Assembly: GCA_951406725.2 (NCBI GenBank)
Contig: OX597819.1
Coordinates: 3,348,001-3,412,000, forward strand
DNA: 64,000 bases
Direction of reading: 5' to 3'
Origin: Octopus vulgaris
Taxonomy: Eukaryota
Part shown: positions 40,500-54,537 of the stretch, in pieces
Position numbering within the stretch: the stretch's first letter is position 1
How the letters are laid out: every line of letters starts with the position of its first letter
Translations under genes and position numbers: made by a program
Notes under the pieces: generated by a model
Databases searched by the model: none
Told to the model about the DNA's origin: nothing
What the model saw: the letters and a program-made list of their open reading frames with translations, nothing else

Positions 40500-41430
40500 G
40501 AGAACCTTTAATCCGAATATTTAAAAATTCTTATGTATGTAGAGTCGTATTTTAAAATGAGTTCCTGTTAATTTGGCTATCATAATCTATACTTTCGCGC
40601 CTTATACTATTCATTTAGCTAAGCAAAGGATTCCATCGAGGAAAAAGTTGCAGAGGTAGTCCACATAATTCCAAGTAGAGGCTTGTACGCTATTACTTGG
40701 TGAAGAGAGCCTTCTACTAGTTTATATTAGTTTATAGCTAACTTTAACGCATCCTGTTGAAGGTCTTACGAGTATGTCCCGTGAAGAGCGCCGACATACT
40801 AAATTTAAGTAAAACCTTGCTAAATTACCCTTTAAATTAAGGTTAAAATTTATTTCTATTACCATTCTTAGACCCACAAAATCTAGTTATATCGTAAAAC
40901 TCATTTGAAAAGCCGATGCCTCCTCAGAGCGTCTCTTTATAATAAGCTGAAGCTGTTTTAAATGTGATTTCATCAGCCGATAAGGAGGAGACACGCTCAC
41001 TTATATTGGAAGCTAAATTCCAAGATAGAGTAAATGAATGGTCAGAGCATTTGGAATATAATTTCTCATTCAGCTTCTTGTAAAGGCTGAATCTACTAGA
41101 CCTATCAGTCTCTGAGTCTAAAGGCGACACCCAGATAATTTACTATACTGTGGTTAGTTTTCACCGTAATTTTGAAGCCCTTGCCTCTGAATAACCTAAT
41201 TAAAAATTTTCCGAATCAATTGAATTTGAGGCTGCTCATATTCCGTTGTCTCTGTAGAGTACTCTCTTAACTAAAAAATTCCATGTGCAAAATGCAAGAC
41301 TTTAGACTACAATGATTACACAGGTAATCTCCATCGAATACAGCCATATGGGCGTAAAGTAACTCATCAGCATTTTTCTTAAGCCAGGTCAAATTATCGC
41401 AAAACAACAGCTGTTTCCATGCATGCAAGG
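40500..41430 (-). mobile_element. Degenerate Penelope-like fragment
   Basis: YKKLNEKL..SDHS..NLASNISERVSSLSA..YYKETL thumb motif, similar to the 9300-9420 region; boundaries approximate. Confidence 0.6.
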
Positions 41431-41559
41431 TAACATTAATGTCTTTTAGATGGGATTAATTCGCTCATAGGCGTGAAGGTTTTAGCAAATGATAGAACTT
41501 TTAAAATAAATGGCTTCATTATTGAGGGGCAGAAATCAATTATATTGGATCTACATCTA

Positions 41560-41778
41560 ATATTGATTTCAAAATATGACACAAGGCCAGCAGATTTAGG
41601 GGAAGGGGATAAGTCGATTACACTGACCGCAGTGTTCAACTGGTACTTATTTTATCGACCGCGAAAGGATGGAAAGCAAAGTAGGCCTGGGTGGAATTTG
41701 AATTCAGAATGTAAAGACGGACGAAATGCCGTGAAGTATTTTGCCCGGCGTGCTAACGAGTCTGCCAGAGCGCCGCCT
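41560..41778 (-). mobile_element. SINE family 1
   Basis: Head, core and tail as at 6105. Confidence 0.78.
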
Positions 41779-41940
41779 AATGTCTGTCACTAAAATTACT
41801 AAACCAATCGACAACCGACGTTCTGTTATCCTGTAACAGAAGTGCTATATCCTTTTTTTGTTCCGAACCTAAAATGAGATTCGCTAACTATTCCGATTTC
41901 GGTTTTAACTGGATTTAAAGTAAGATAACTTTTAGAGTTA

Positions 41941-43173
41941 TTGGGTCATCCCATAAATAATGCGGTTTTTTCAGACTTCTCTTATTTTTCAAAATCGAGA
42001 TAAACAAAGATCATTTTAGATCTAAAATATACTCTCCTTCATTTTCTACAAGGCACTTCCATCTATCTTGCAAGGCCCCTCTTCCAAAAGTTACAAAAGT
42101 ACGTGACGAAAAATACTCCTCTAGTACTTTTTTGGCCTCATCTACAGAATTCATATTTTTTCTATCCAAATGATTTAAAGACTGAGGAATAAAGGATAAT
42201 CAGGTGGAGTAAAGTCCGGCGAATATGATGGGTAGGGCACCGTTTACCAATGAAATTGCACCAGCCTTTGGAATATCTTCCTCGCTGTATGTGGCTGAGC
42301 ATTATCCTGATGTAAGAACATTTTTCCTCATGAAACCAAAGAGGGTAGGTTTTCTTCTAGCGCTGTTCGCGGTAGATCTCCTTTGTTATCGTTTGGTTTG
42401 GGTCTAAAAGTTTAAAGTGGACTAAGCCTTTCATATCCCACTAAACAGATAACAACACCTTACGTGGGTGAAGACCTTCTTTAGCCTGGGGTGCCGGTGT
42501 TTCTCCTTTCCCTACCCACTGTCTTCGGTGCTTGATATTCTTTATAGAGAACCCATTTCTCGTCATCTAAAACGGTTCATTCGTGAGACATGACCACAAA
42601 GAAGAGCACACATTCCCTCTCTGCGCACGATTAGAAACGGAAAGTTTGTGAGGAACCCATTGACCCAATTTGCTAACTTTTCCGATTGCACGCAGGTGTC
42701 GATGAATGGTTAAATGACCAAATCCAAGCTTCTCTGCTAGTTTCTCAACAGTTAAGATGGGATTTTGTTTCACCAGGCTATGCCCAACGTCCTCGACGAG
42801 CTCTCCACATCTACCAGATCGAGGCTCGTCTTCTTGGCTGTAGTTTCCGGCTCGGAATTTCTGGAACCACCGTTGACACTGGCTTATGCTTATTGTCCGA
42901 TCCCCATATAATGCATTAATATTCCTCACACTTTCCATTGTGTTATTGCCTTTATTGAACTCATAAAGCAAAATATGCCGAATATGCTCCTTTGTTAATT
43001 CCATTATAGATGTGAATAAATAACTTTTAAGATCGAACTTGCGCTAAGAATAAGTACAAAATAAAATTACTTCTCGCTTTTATAGCAAGTTGATGCAGAT
43101 AGTTTATTCCGCCCCTCTCTGACTTTTAGTTCATGCATTTGAAAAAACCCGAATTATTTATGGGATGACCTAA
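41941..43173 (-). mobile_element. Mariner transposon, defective copy 2 with both TIRs
   Basis: TIR TTGGGTCATCCCATAAATAATGCGG and a near-match at the other end; N-terminal ORF 42567-43004 nearly identical to copy 1. Confidence 0.92.
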
Positions 43174-43732
43174 TGTTATGAAAAGTAGGTTTGTGATCAT
43201 TCTTAATATTGATAAATGGTGTGAACTTTGGTAGACATTCAACTGTCGTCTAGTTTAGAATCGGTTGCTACGCTTGGAATTGTGGATATCTCTTGATTTC
43301 TTATAGTGAAAAGTAAACATGCCATCTCATATTTCGTCTGGAAAGAAGTCAGTTGTAAACAGTTTTGTTCAATTTGATGAAAGCTTTTGATTTCATCACA
43401 AACAAAAGTTTTCCTAGAATTCTGTAAAAGGCTAAACTGTTTCTGAGAGTAAAAAATGTTTTTTTTTTATGTCAACTCCATATTATATCTTAAAAATCTG
43501 TTTTGAACCGCTGTAGATCTTTATTTATTGAAGGGATTTTAATGGATTTAAAACCAAATTTGCATTCTGTTTTACATTGCTGTGTAAAAGTAAAAAGTAA
43601 ACATGCCATCTCATTTTTCGTCTAAAATCTTCCATTTTGTGTATTTCGCATTTAAATAACGTTTGTTGGATGGTATGGGAACGTTCTTATAAGAGAAATT
43701 AAAGGAAATAATTTTCTCCCCATTCTGTGTAC

Positions 43733-43793
<61 letters not shown>

Positions 43794-43839
43794 TGAGAGT
43801 GTGTGTATGTATGCATATATATCTTTCATGTTTTTTACA

Positions 43840-44165
43840 TTAGATTGCGACTATTCTGGGGTACTACCTAGAACATTTCTAATCGAACAAATCGACCCAT
43901 GTATTTATTTTTTTTCTATCAAGCCTGATACTTATTCTATCGGTCTCTTTTGCCGAACTGTTAATTTACAGGAACACCAACGGCTTGATTCACATGACAA
44001 CCAATGTTGCTGTGTTTATGTTCCCGGAACTTAGCGGTTCATCAAAAGAGACTGATAGAATAAGTACCAGGATTAAACATAAGAATAAACGCTGGGGTTC
44101 ATTTGTTCGATTAGAAATATTCAAGCCAGTGCTCCAGTATAGTCGCAATCTAATGAGCAAAAGCA
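43840..44165. mobile_element. Two oppositely oriented 3' fragments of SINE family 2
   Basis: TATTCTATCGGTCTCTTTTGCCGAA (minus) followed by CTTAGCGGTTCATCAAAAGAGACTGATAGAATAAG (plus). Confidence 0.6.
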
Positions 44166-44206
44166 TGTAATATACTACTACAACAACAACAACAACAACA
44201 ACTACT

Positions 44207-44300
<94 letters not shown>

Positions 44301-45119
44301 TATATATATGCATATATACATACATGTACATACATATATATATGTATATACACATGCATATATGGGTACAGGACGTCAAAAAACGTAAACAAATAGAAAA
44401 ACGTGACAGGCAACGTAAAGAACAATCCCTTCATCAGTTGTCAACTGTTTAATCTACTCCGCATTTCGAGCGTTAGGACATGATGCGTCTTCGTCAAAAC
44501 AACCGTTCCCGCAAAGCAAATTAAATAAAATTTGGGATTTGCGGAGGGTAAAAGTTGGTAACGAAAACAGGACAGTTAAAACAAACGGTAAGGGCTGCGA
44601 AGAAGCAGGTGACAAAAGGGTTTAATATCAAAAGAAGGGTGAAAATACCAGATTTTATCGGACGTTGTAAACTTCACAAAATGTCAATGTAAATTTCACA
44701 TTTCTGATTTTGAAGCGAATGAAACACGAAGCAAACATTTAAAGGCAACCGGAAGTGCCAATCAAAACAAATATCGAACTCTGGTTGGTTGAAGCCCGCC
44801 TACAGATTTGGAAGTAAAGGATCTATTTGGATAAATTGAATGACCATTAAAACAAATATAAACGTAAAAAATAAATATGAATAATAAAGTGGAGCATGGA
44901 CGAGGAAAGAAAGAGAGAAAAAGAAAGGAAGAGAAGTGGAGGTAGAAAAGTGGAAGAAGGAAAAGACGACGCTCGTGCGAATAAAGAGAAAGGTTTATGG
45001 TATGAGAGAAAAGGAAGATAAACGCCGGAGATATGAAGGAGGGAAATAAGAAAACATATGCGAAAAATATCTGAAAGATAAATGTAGAGTGGATAGGAGA
45101 AAACAATAACTAATAATAA

Positions 45120-45293
45120 CCCTTTCTCCTATAGGCACAAGGCCTGAGGTTCTGGGGGAGGAGACTAGTCGATTACATCGACACCAGAATTTCACTGGTA
45201 CTATTTTATCGACCACGAAAAGATGAAAGGCAGAGTCGACCTCGGTGGAGTTTGAACTCAGAACGTAGCGACGCTAAGCATTCGTCCAGCGTG
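45120..45293 (-). mobile_element. SINE family 1 (CTTGTGCCTATAG tail)
   Basis: Matches the units at 29097 and 29382. Confidence 0.72.
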
Positions 45294-45809
45294 CGATAAA
45301 TGAAAAAAAAAAAAATTAAAGGCGACGTGGATCTCTTCTAAAAATAAAGAGTTAAAGTAAAATAGATCCAATTCATATAAAGTATACCAATGTGTACAGA
45401 CCTGCAGACACATCTATCTCACGCAATCAACCTTTCATATACCTACATACACACATACCTACATACACACATACACCCAGTCACATACGTAGAGATATAT
45501 ACAGCGAAGATGCGATTTTTCATATTTTCTTAATAGTCATCTGTATTTAGTTTGAACAATAGTTTCATTAAATCCATTAACGTCTTAAGACCCTTCCGGT
45601 TTCACAATCGAGATGAAGTGGTGGTAATAATGGCATGCTATTCTTGGTATTGTTATAGCTAATAAAAACAACAACACTGGATTAAAAGTTTATACAATGT
45701 TTAAGTCCCGATAGATTATTATTATTATTATTATTTTATGCGTTTTATATTTGTGAGTTGATATTTGGTTTATTTTTTGATACTAGTAAAGCTTCAATAG
45801 TTAACTTTT

Positions 45810-46008
45810 ACTTTTCTTTTTATTTGTTTCAATAATTTGACTACGGCCATGCTGGGGTACCGCTTTGAAGGGTTTTGGTAGAAGAAGTCGACCCCAAGAC
45901 TTATTTTTTAAAAGCCTAGTACCTATTATATCGGTCTCTTTGGCCAGACCGTTAAGTTGCAGGGACGTAAACAAACCAACATCTGTTGTCAAGTGGTGGT
46001 GGGGGAAA

Positions 46009-46043
<35 letters not shown>

Positions 46044-46130
46044 CACACACAAACACACACACGACGGCTTCTTTTAGGTTCCGTCTACAAAATCCACTCA
46101 CAAGGCTTTGGTCGCATAAAGTAGAAGACA
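45810..46130 (-). mobile_element. SINE family 2, diverged and 5'-truncated
   Basis: CCGTCTACAAAATCCACTCACAAGGCTTTGGTCG and downstream body. Confidence 0.72.
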
Positions 46131-46885
46131 TTTTATAACTAATGATTTCTTTTTTATCCAATTGTATTTAATGCACTGACTTATAGAGATTTGCGGTAAG
46201 TCTTTGTTGTAGATGCATGGTGAACCGATAAGAAAGTATAGTACTTGTATGTTCAATGCAACAGTTCGAGTCATGAAGTTGACAACTTTCATGTTTACAT
46301 TGAAATTCAATACAAGTGCAACACCAACTTTCCGGACACTGATGATCCAAAACCTCTTATAATCCGCACTAATTTACGAGCAGAAAGTTAGAAAGTTCAA
46401 ATTCCCGCAGCCGCCAGCCTTGTTTACTGGTATTTTGCACAATACAGTATTGATAATATTGTACTTTCACGATATATCCATCCAAATTATAACAATAGTG
46501 CATATGATTCTTGTAGTATCGGTTAAGAATGGTTTCTGTATTTTAGTGGGTTGTAAGACACTTCGTACTTGTTTCGTTTTACGACCTGGTCTGCTAATAT
46601 ATTAGGATACATTAACTGATGTTTTACACCTAAGATTCACTAACTTGAAGCTTTTTAGTGGATAAAAATTAAAAAATCCTGTTCTGGAAAGAGATTTCAC
46701 TATAAATACTTTGTATCTATAGAGACGCTTAGGTACTAAATGAGATATTTTTATTTCTACTTTTAAACATACCACTACCCTATTTTTACGTATAAAATTT
46801 CCATGGTCCGAATAAATGTTAGAGGATTTCCATACTCCCTTGTTTTCCGTTCTTTTCCCGTTAATCGTTACCTTGGTCCATTTTG

Positions 46886-47464
<579 letters not shown>

Positions 47465-47467
<3 letters not shown>

Positions 47468-47832
47468 TGCAGGTGTAGCTCTGTGGTACGAAGTTTGCTT
47501 CACAACCATATGGTTCCGGGTTCAGTCCCACTGCGTAGCACCTTGGGTAAGTTCTTCTACTATAGCCCCGGGCCGACCAAAGCGTTGTGATAGAATTTGG
47601 TAGTTGGAAACGAAAAGAAGTCCATCGTATATATATATGTATATATTTGTGTGTATGTGTGTCTTTGTATCTGTGTTTGTCCCCCCATCACCGCTTGACA
47701 ACCGTAATTAGCGGTTCGGCAAAAGGGACCGATAAGAAGGAATCCTGGGGTCGATTTGTTCGACTAAAAACCCTTCAAGGCGGTGCTCGAACATGGCCGC
47801 AGTCAAATGACTGAAACAAGTAAAAGAGTAGA
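47465..47832 (+). mobile_element. SINE family 2
   Basis: Full head-to-tail match to family. Confidence 0.82.
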
Positions 47833-47852
47833 AGAATAATATATATATATAT

Positions 47853-47898
<46 letters not shown>

Positions 47899-48055
47899 GT
47901 GCGCGTGTGTGTGTGTTTGTGCGTGCGTGTGTAAATATGTGTGTATGTGTGTGTGTGTGTGTGCATATTTTGTGTGTTTATGCCTACAAACACACACACA
48001 ACATATATATGCATATCTATTTTTACACGCACACACATGTTTATAAAGAGAGGGA

Positions 48056-48120
<65 letters not shown>

Positions 48121-48619
48121 GAAAGAGAGAGAAAGAGAGGTGGAGGTGGAAGGTCCAGAAAAAGCCAAGAACGAAAAGATGTCTGCGGCAGTAAATTAGT
48201 TTACGCAAATTAATTTAAGAGGCCGCAATTTCTTTTTTTCATCCACTTAAGCTGGTTTGCTGGTTTTAGTTATCTTCGCTTCTCTTATATTTCTTGCTGG
48301 CTGATATATATTAAAATAGGAATCTTGTATTCAATATCTCATACTACCGAATATATTGCAATAAAAACAGTTAACAAATCAAGTGATTTCACACAGAATG
48401 TATTGGGTGAAATATTTGCAATTTTAGGAATTTAGGTATTGTTAAAATAGTTTAAGAGGATTTATAGGAATGAATTTTAAAATACACACTACACTAGATA
48501 TTTATAGAGTAAATTTTTTTTTGTGTGGTTGTGCGTGCGAGCGAGATAGAGAGAAAAATGGAGAGCTAGAGAGAAAGCAGTTAAATCTACGTACAAAGGT
48601 ACGGATTGCAAAAACACAG

Positions 48620-48679
<60 letters not shown>

Positions 48680-50150
48680 TAGAGAGAGAAAGAGAAGTAA
48701 TAGGACCAGACAGACAGATGAATAAAGGTAGTAACGAAGGCGAAGAAACAAAAAAGATAAAAAAAGAAGGAAAAGAAGAAAAACCTAAAACCGATTTCAA
48801 TATATCAACAAGGAAATAAAGTCTGTGTTCAGATCAAACAGTCTAGAAGAAAATGTTTTATATACAGTAGTCATACCTCTTGAACTGTAGAATACATGCT
48901 TGTGGGCTGCTTAATAAAAGATACACACATGAGTTCCCAATCAGGAAATTAAGCAAAGCGCTATGTACAGACCATTGAAATTCAGTTTGATATTATTTAT
49001 GTTCTATAACGAGCTTGAGGACAGTAAAATCGTTAGGAAATGAATCACTCATTCTAATTCTAAAGGTTAACACGCCTCTCTTTTAGTTGAAGAGAGCAAG
49101 AGAGGTCAGATTTGCTCTCTCTTGTGACTGGTTGTGCTTAGCAAAGGAATATATTAGCTTCAATTATTGTTAATAGAAAATAACCTGAGGGAAAGTAATG
49201 TCCGAGATGATTTTAAATGTCCGTGCGTGTGAATACCCACAGTAAGAAATTTTTAAAGCGAGAAAGAATAAAAGAAAAGATAGATATTTATTGGAAGTAG
49301 GACATTTCGGATCTAATAATCCTTATCTCACTTCATTATTTGCTTATGCAAGAGTAGAATCAAGGAATATGAAGTATAAACGAATTTCATTTATAAGCGT
49401 TAAGTTATAACTTTTGTATTTTGCCTCGTCGCTACAAATGTCTAATAATATTAAAAAACAAAATAAATATGGGGTCTGAGGAAAGGTAAGAGTGTAGTTA
49501 AAAATATCAAATAAAGTGCTGAGTAATTTAATTTTTTTCTTGGTGATTTTTCATTTATTATATTTGCAAATTACCTACAGCGATAAAAACGAATATTTGT
49601 GAGATACTCCTGCCTCTTAAGTCATGATTTCCAGACAAAACTTATTGCGTGGTGATGTGGAAAATTAAGCAACTCTTAAAATCTGTTAGGTCCTAATTGG
49701 GAATAGGCCAAGAAATGCCTCACCCTGATCCAACCCTTAGTAAATATGGAAATACGTACAGAAATATGCAAACGACAGAAATATGCAAACGCACAGAAAT
49801 GCAAACAAACCCACACTTATATGTGCAATATTCAATAAGTAAATAATGATGAAATTAGTAAAAAAAAATAAAATAAAGAATACAGAACATACGAGTTTCA
49901 GAAATTAGCAAAGAGAATGTTACACACGCATAGACTCAATAGAATACGTACTTACTTACACATGCACGCACACACAGACAATTACAGACTCTCAAACACG
50001 TGCACACAGATATGAATAATGATATAGTTAATAGAAGCTATAATTATATTTCAATTTACAATTTTATTTTAAATTATATTTTGGATCCCAAAATGTAGGT
50101 TGGAATCATCATCATCGTCGTCATCGTCGTCGTCGTCGTCATCGTCATCG

Positions 50151-50189
<39 letters not shown>

Positions 50190-50386
50190 CCATCATCATT
50201 ATTATCATTATTATCTCACCTGTTTATACCAGTTTAAAAATTTTCTTGAAGAGGTTGGACTATATTCTATGATATAATCTATGGCTACATCAATAAAATT
50301 CTACCGAAACAGGTGTCATAAATCTTAAACCTCAATTGTGTTCTTTGTGTGTGTGTGCGTGCGCGCGCACTATGTAAAGGTGTGTG

Positions 50387-50425
<39 letters not shown>

Positions 50426-50428
<3 letters not shown>

Positions 50429-50650
50429 CTTTACTACCCACAAGAGGCTAAACACAGAGGGGACAAACAAGGACAGACAAAGGAATTAAGTCGATTACAT
50501 CGATCCCAGTGTGAAACTGGTACTTTATTTATTGACCCCGAAAGGATGAAAGGCAAAGTCGACCTCGGCAGAATTTTAACTCAGAACGTAACGACAGACG
50601 AAATACCGCTAAGCATTTCGCCCGGCGCGCTAATGTTTCTGCCAGCTCGC

Positions 50651-50652
<2 letters not shown>
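50426..50652 (-). mobile_element. SINE family 1, Tx1-like tail subtype, in (TA)n
   Basis: Full-length head, core and TTGTCCCCTCTGTGTTTAGCC tail. Confidence 0.85.
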
Positions 50653-50718
<66 letters not shown>

Positions 50719-50904
50719 GTGTGTGTGTGTGTGTGTTTGTATACATATAAGTTATGCATTCCTCATTTATTTACCTTTTCATTCCTACATAACTACAATA
50801 ATCTTAAGATAGACTGATTATTTAAATTCCACTAATATTTCTCTTTTGATAATTTTCTCTTTCCTCTGTTTATACTTTAACTAATAAGAATAATATAATA
50901 CACC

Positions 50905-51010
<106 letters not shown>

Positions 51011-51099
51011 TGATTCTTTTATATGCATATACATATATATATATAAATGTATAGATGTATTTTTATGTATATTTATGTATATGTATGTATATGTAAAAG

Positions 51100-51799
51100 T
51101 GTGTATATATGTATGTATTTATATTTATAACTTAACCTTATGAACTTTCTAAACTCTCTGACGAAGTCCAGAGGTACACCCAAGTACCTTAATCTTATCT
51201 ACCAAATACTTCAGTTAATTGAAGGGACGGAAGTAGAGTGGGGTACTGTGGCCTCTTGGCTGAAACAGCTGTAAGAAGCTATTCTACTTTCTATGTTCTA
51301 CGTTATATATTTTGATAATTACTGGTATTTTTATATATGTAAAGCATAATATGTTATACATGTATGTATATTGTTATAATTGTATTTTTAAAAAAATAAA
51401 TAAATAGACATAATATAATGTCTAAAAGTTGATGAATACCACTACTTGATCCCCTCCATTTTCTTATTGCCGTATAAATTAAGGGTAAAACAATTTTTTA
51501 CCCTCATCCATTTATTACATTCAGTAGTGTAATTACAATGCATTAAAAAATAACACTTGTGTATTAATAATATCAGTAATTATCAAAATATATAACGTAG
51601 AACATAGAAAGTAGAATAGCTTCTTACAGCTGCTTCAGCCAAGAGGTCATAGTACCCCACTTTACTTCCACCCCTTCAGTGAACTGAAGTATTTGGTAGA
51701 TAAGATTAAGGTACTTGGGTGTACCTCTGGACTTCGTCAGAGAGTTTAGAAAGTTCATAAGGTTAAGTTATAAATATAAATACATACATATATACACAT
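51100..51799. mobile_element. Non-coding inverted-repeat element (Penelope pLTR-derived) with hammerhead motifs
   Basis: Arms 51100-51329 / 51569-51799 around a ~240-bp spacer. Confidence 0.75.
51155..51278 (+). ncRNA. Hammerhead motif with ~97-nt extended stem II
   Basis: TCT-CTGACGA-AGTCCAGAGG...CCTCTTGGCT-GAAAC-AGCT-GTA-AGA; minus-strand copy 51620-51743 has GAAG in place of GAAA. Confidence 0.7.
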
Positions 51800-52055
51800 A
51801 TTAATAATTGGGTATTCTACCAGCAGTATATTGGGTAGATATAATCCCTTAGTTGGAAGTGTATATATATATACACTGCAGTCATCAGCGTACGACAACC
51901 ACCGGTTTTCGATGGAAAGGAACACCTGTTTACATCTCGTTCAGGGATTTATTATTGCTTGCAGACAGTTTTTCGAGATCAGTGACGAAAAGTTACTGGA
52001 AAAACGATATAAAGATTTGCATTGGAACATCTTTTCATCGAAAACCGGTGATTGT

Positions 52056-52100
52056 CGTACGCTGATGACTAGTCAAAACCTAGAAACTGCAGTCCGTGCG
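52056..52100 (+). ncRNA. Minimal type I hammerhead ribozyme motif
   Basis: CGTACG-CTGATGA-CTAGTCAAAACCTA-GAAAC-TGCA-GTC-CGTGCG; 6-bp stem I, palindromic stem III; partial inverted copy at ~51880-51920. Confidence 0.82.
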
Positions 52101-52295
52101 TATCACTTAGGTTGACGAGGGAAGGGTGACCTCCCTTTGCAAATACCATAAGAGCACAGAAAGTGTGCCTAAAGCCAGCTGGAGACGATGTTCTCCCTGG
52201 GGCTACAAGCTACAGTAACACCCACCCTTAGTGGTTAGCCATATTGAGATGGCAAGTATACCTCACACGCACACACATATATATATATTTGTATG

Positions 52296-52351
<56 letters not shown>

Positions 52352-52403
52352 TAAATAAATATATAACAAAGTGGAGTTGTAGGGTACCGCACGAGTGGAA
52401 TTA

Positions 52404-52768
52404 TATACGAAAGAAGGTTTGAAAATGCAATTTTAAAAGATGTTTATTTACTTTACCGGTTTCACTCTTTGAAAAAGATTGTCAAAAGTAACATGTAGAA
52501 GTTTGGTTGCGTTAATTATTGGTTGTTACAAAATGCTACATTATATATATATATACAGTCTTTGGTAACAAGGAGATGTTAAGGACATAAAAGGACATGT
52601 CTTTGTTACCAAAGACTGTATATATATATATATAATGTAGCATTTTGTAACAACCAATAATTAACGCAACCAAACTTCTACATGTTACTTTTGACAATCG
52701 TTTTCCAAAGAGTGAAACCGGTAAAGTAAATAAACATCTTTTAAAATTGCATTTTTAAACCTTCTTTC

Positions 52769-52771
<3 letters not shown>
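52404..52771. mobile_element. ~370-bp near-perfect palindrome with a variant hammerhead in each arm
   Basis: Arms 52404-52571 / 52603-52771; TTACTT-TTGACAA-...-GAAAC-CG-GTA-AAGTAA at 52685-52729 (+) and 52448-52491 (-). Confidence 0.78.
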
Positions 52772-52832
<61 letters not shown>

Positions 52833-52867
52833 GTACATATATATGTATATGTATATATGTATATGCA

Positions 52868-52936
<69 letters not shown>

Positions 52937-52974
52937 AACGTATATACATATAATACAGATGTATCTATCTACTC

Positions 52975-53009
<35 letters not shown>

Positions 53010-53287
53010 CGTGTGTGTGTGTGTGTTTGTGTGTGTGTGTATGTGTGTGTATGTATGTGTGCATATATGTATGTATGTATGTATGTAAATATACGCTCGT
53101 CTGAGTTACAAACTTGTTAAAGTGCACTCTACACGTATATGGTCGTAATATAAACTTGTGAAATCTCCTGATCATATCGTGATAAAATATCTAATGCCAA
53201 ATGAGAAACGTAGCGGTGGAATATGAACTTAGGCATAAATATAATTATGCACGACAGAACCAAGAATTAGACAGTATGATATATCTA

Positions 53288-54537
53288 CGAGGGTGGTTTG
53301 AAAAGTTCATATGCTGTCTATGACGGAGTGATGCTAACGCTGTGAAATTTGACATGCATTAATTTCAACCTTTCCTGCATTGTTTCTTTCCAGATAAATT
53401 GATGTATCAATGTTCAAAAACCTCATACGTAGCTAGTAGCAACTTCTCTTGAAAATGGACAAAATTTGGCATCGTGGTCTTATCAAGTACCTGAAAAAAA
53501 AAAAACGGTTTAGCCTCCAACGACATTAATGCCGACATGATTGCTACATTAGGAGATGACACTTCAGATTCATCAACATGGTAAAAGTGGGCAGGCTGAA
53601 TTTAGGAGGGGAAGGGAGGGTCTTGAAGATGACCTAAGGTCTTGACGTCCCGCAACTGCCCCCATCGAAGAAAACATAGACCGTGTTCACCACATGCTGA
53701 TGGATGACAGGCGATTGACTTTGAATCAAATAGCCAATTCTATTAGCATATCCGGTGAGAGAGTTGAGAATATTCTGCACAATGAACTTGGCATGATGAA
53801 GGTTTTCTGCTCGGTGGGTGCAACGTCTTCTGACACCTGATCAAAAGCGCACCAGGATGATCACATCATGGGAAAATCTGACATTCTTTGAGGCAGACCC
53901 AGATGGTTTCCTTGAATCCTTAGCCAGAATGAGTGCTGGGTTCATCACTTTGATCCAGAGACAAAGAGACACTTCATGCAGTGGAAACACCCCTCCTCAC
54001 CTGCTCCAAAGAAGGAGGGAATGTTGATGGCCTTAGTTTTTGGGGATGCAAAAGGCATTGTGTTTATTGACTATCTTCAAAAGGGCCACACCATTAATGC
54101 CAACTTACTGAAGCAGTTACAAAAGGCTATCAAGACCAAACGCTCAGGGAAACTGATGAAAGGGGTCATGTTTGATCAGGACAATGCTTCAACATACAGG
54201 TCCTTTGTTTCAATGACTGCTGTGTGTGACTGTGGCTTTGAACTGGTTGATCAGTCTCCTTGTTCTCTTGATTTGGTCCCACCTGACTATCATCTCCTCA
54301 GCATGAAACAGCACTTGGGTAGGAACCAGCATCGCAGTGATGATAACGTCATATTGGCTGATGATGGTTTTTTTTACCAACAGGTTGAAAGCTTCTTCAT
54401 CAATGGGATCTAAGCACTGCAGCACCAACGGAAGAAGTGGTTGGACTGCAAGGAAGACTATGTTGAAAAATAAACCTCATTTGGTCACATTCCATGAGAT
54501 TATCTTAGCTAGCTTATGAAATTTTCAGCCCACCTCG
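53288..54537 (+). mobile_element. Degenerate mariner transposon (second family)
   Basis: TIRs CGAGGGTGGTTTGAAAAGTTCATA / TATGAAATTTTCAGCCCACCTCG; SARWVQRLL, QWKH, IDYLQKG, QDNA, SLDLVPPDY. Confidence 0.88.

Noticed and set aside
44425-44505. Minus-strand TTGACGA...GAAATGCGGAGTA and a nearby CTGATGA
   Set aside because: Core is degenerate and stems I and III do not pair convincingly; at most a decayed hammerhead
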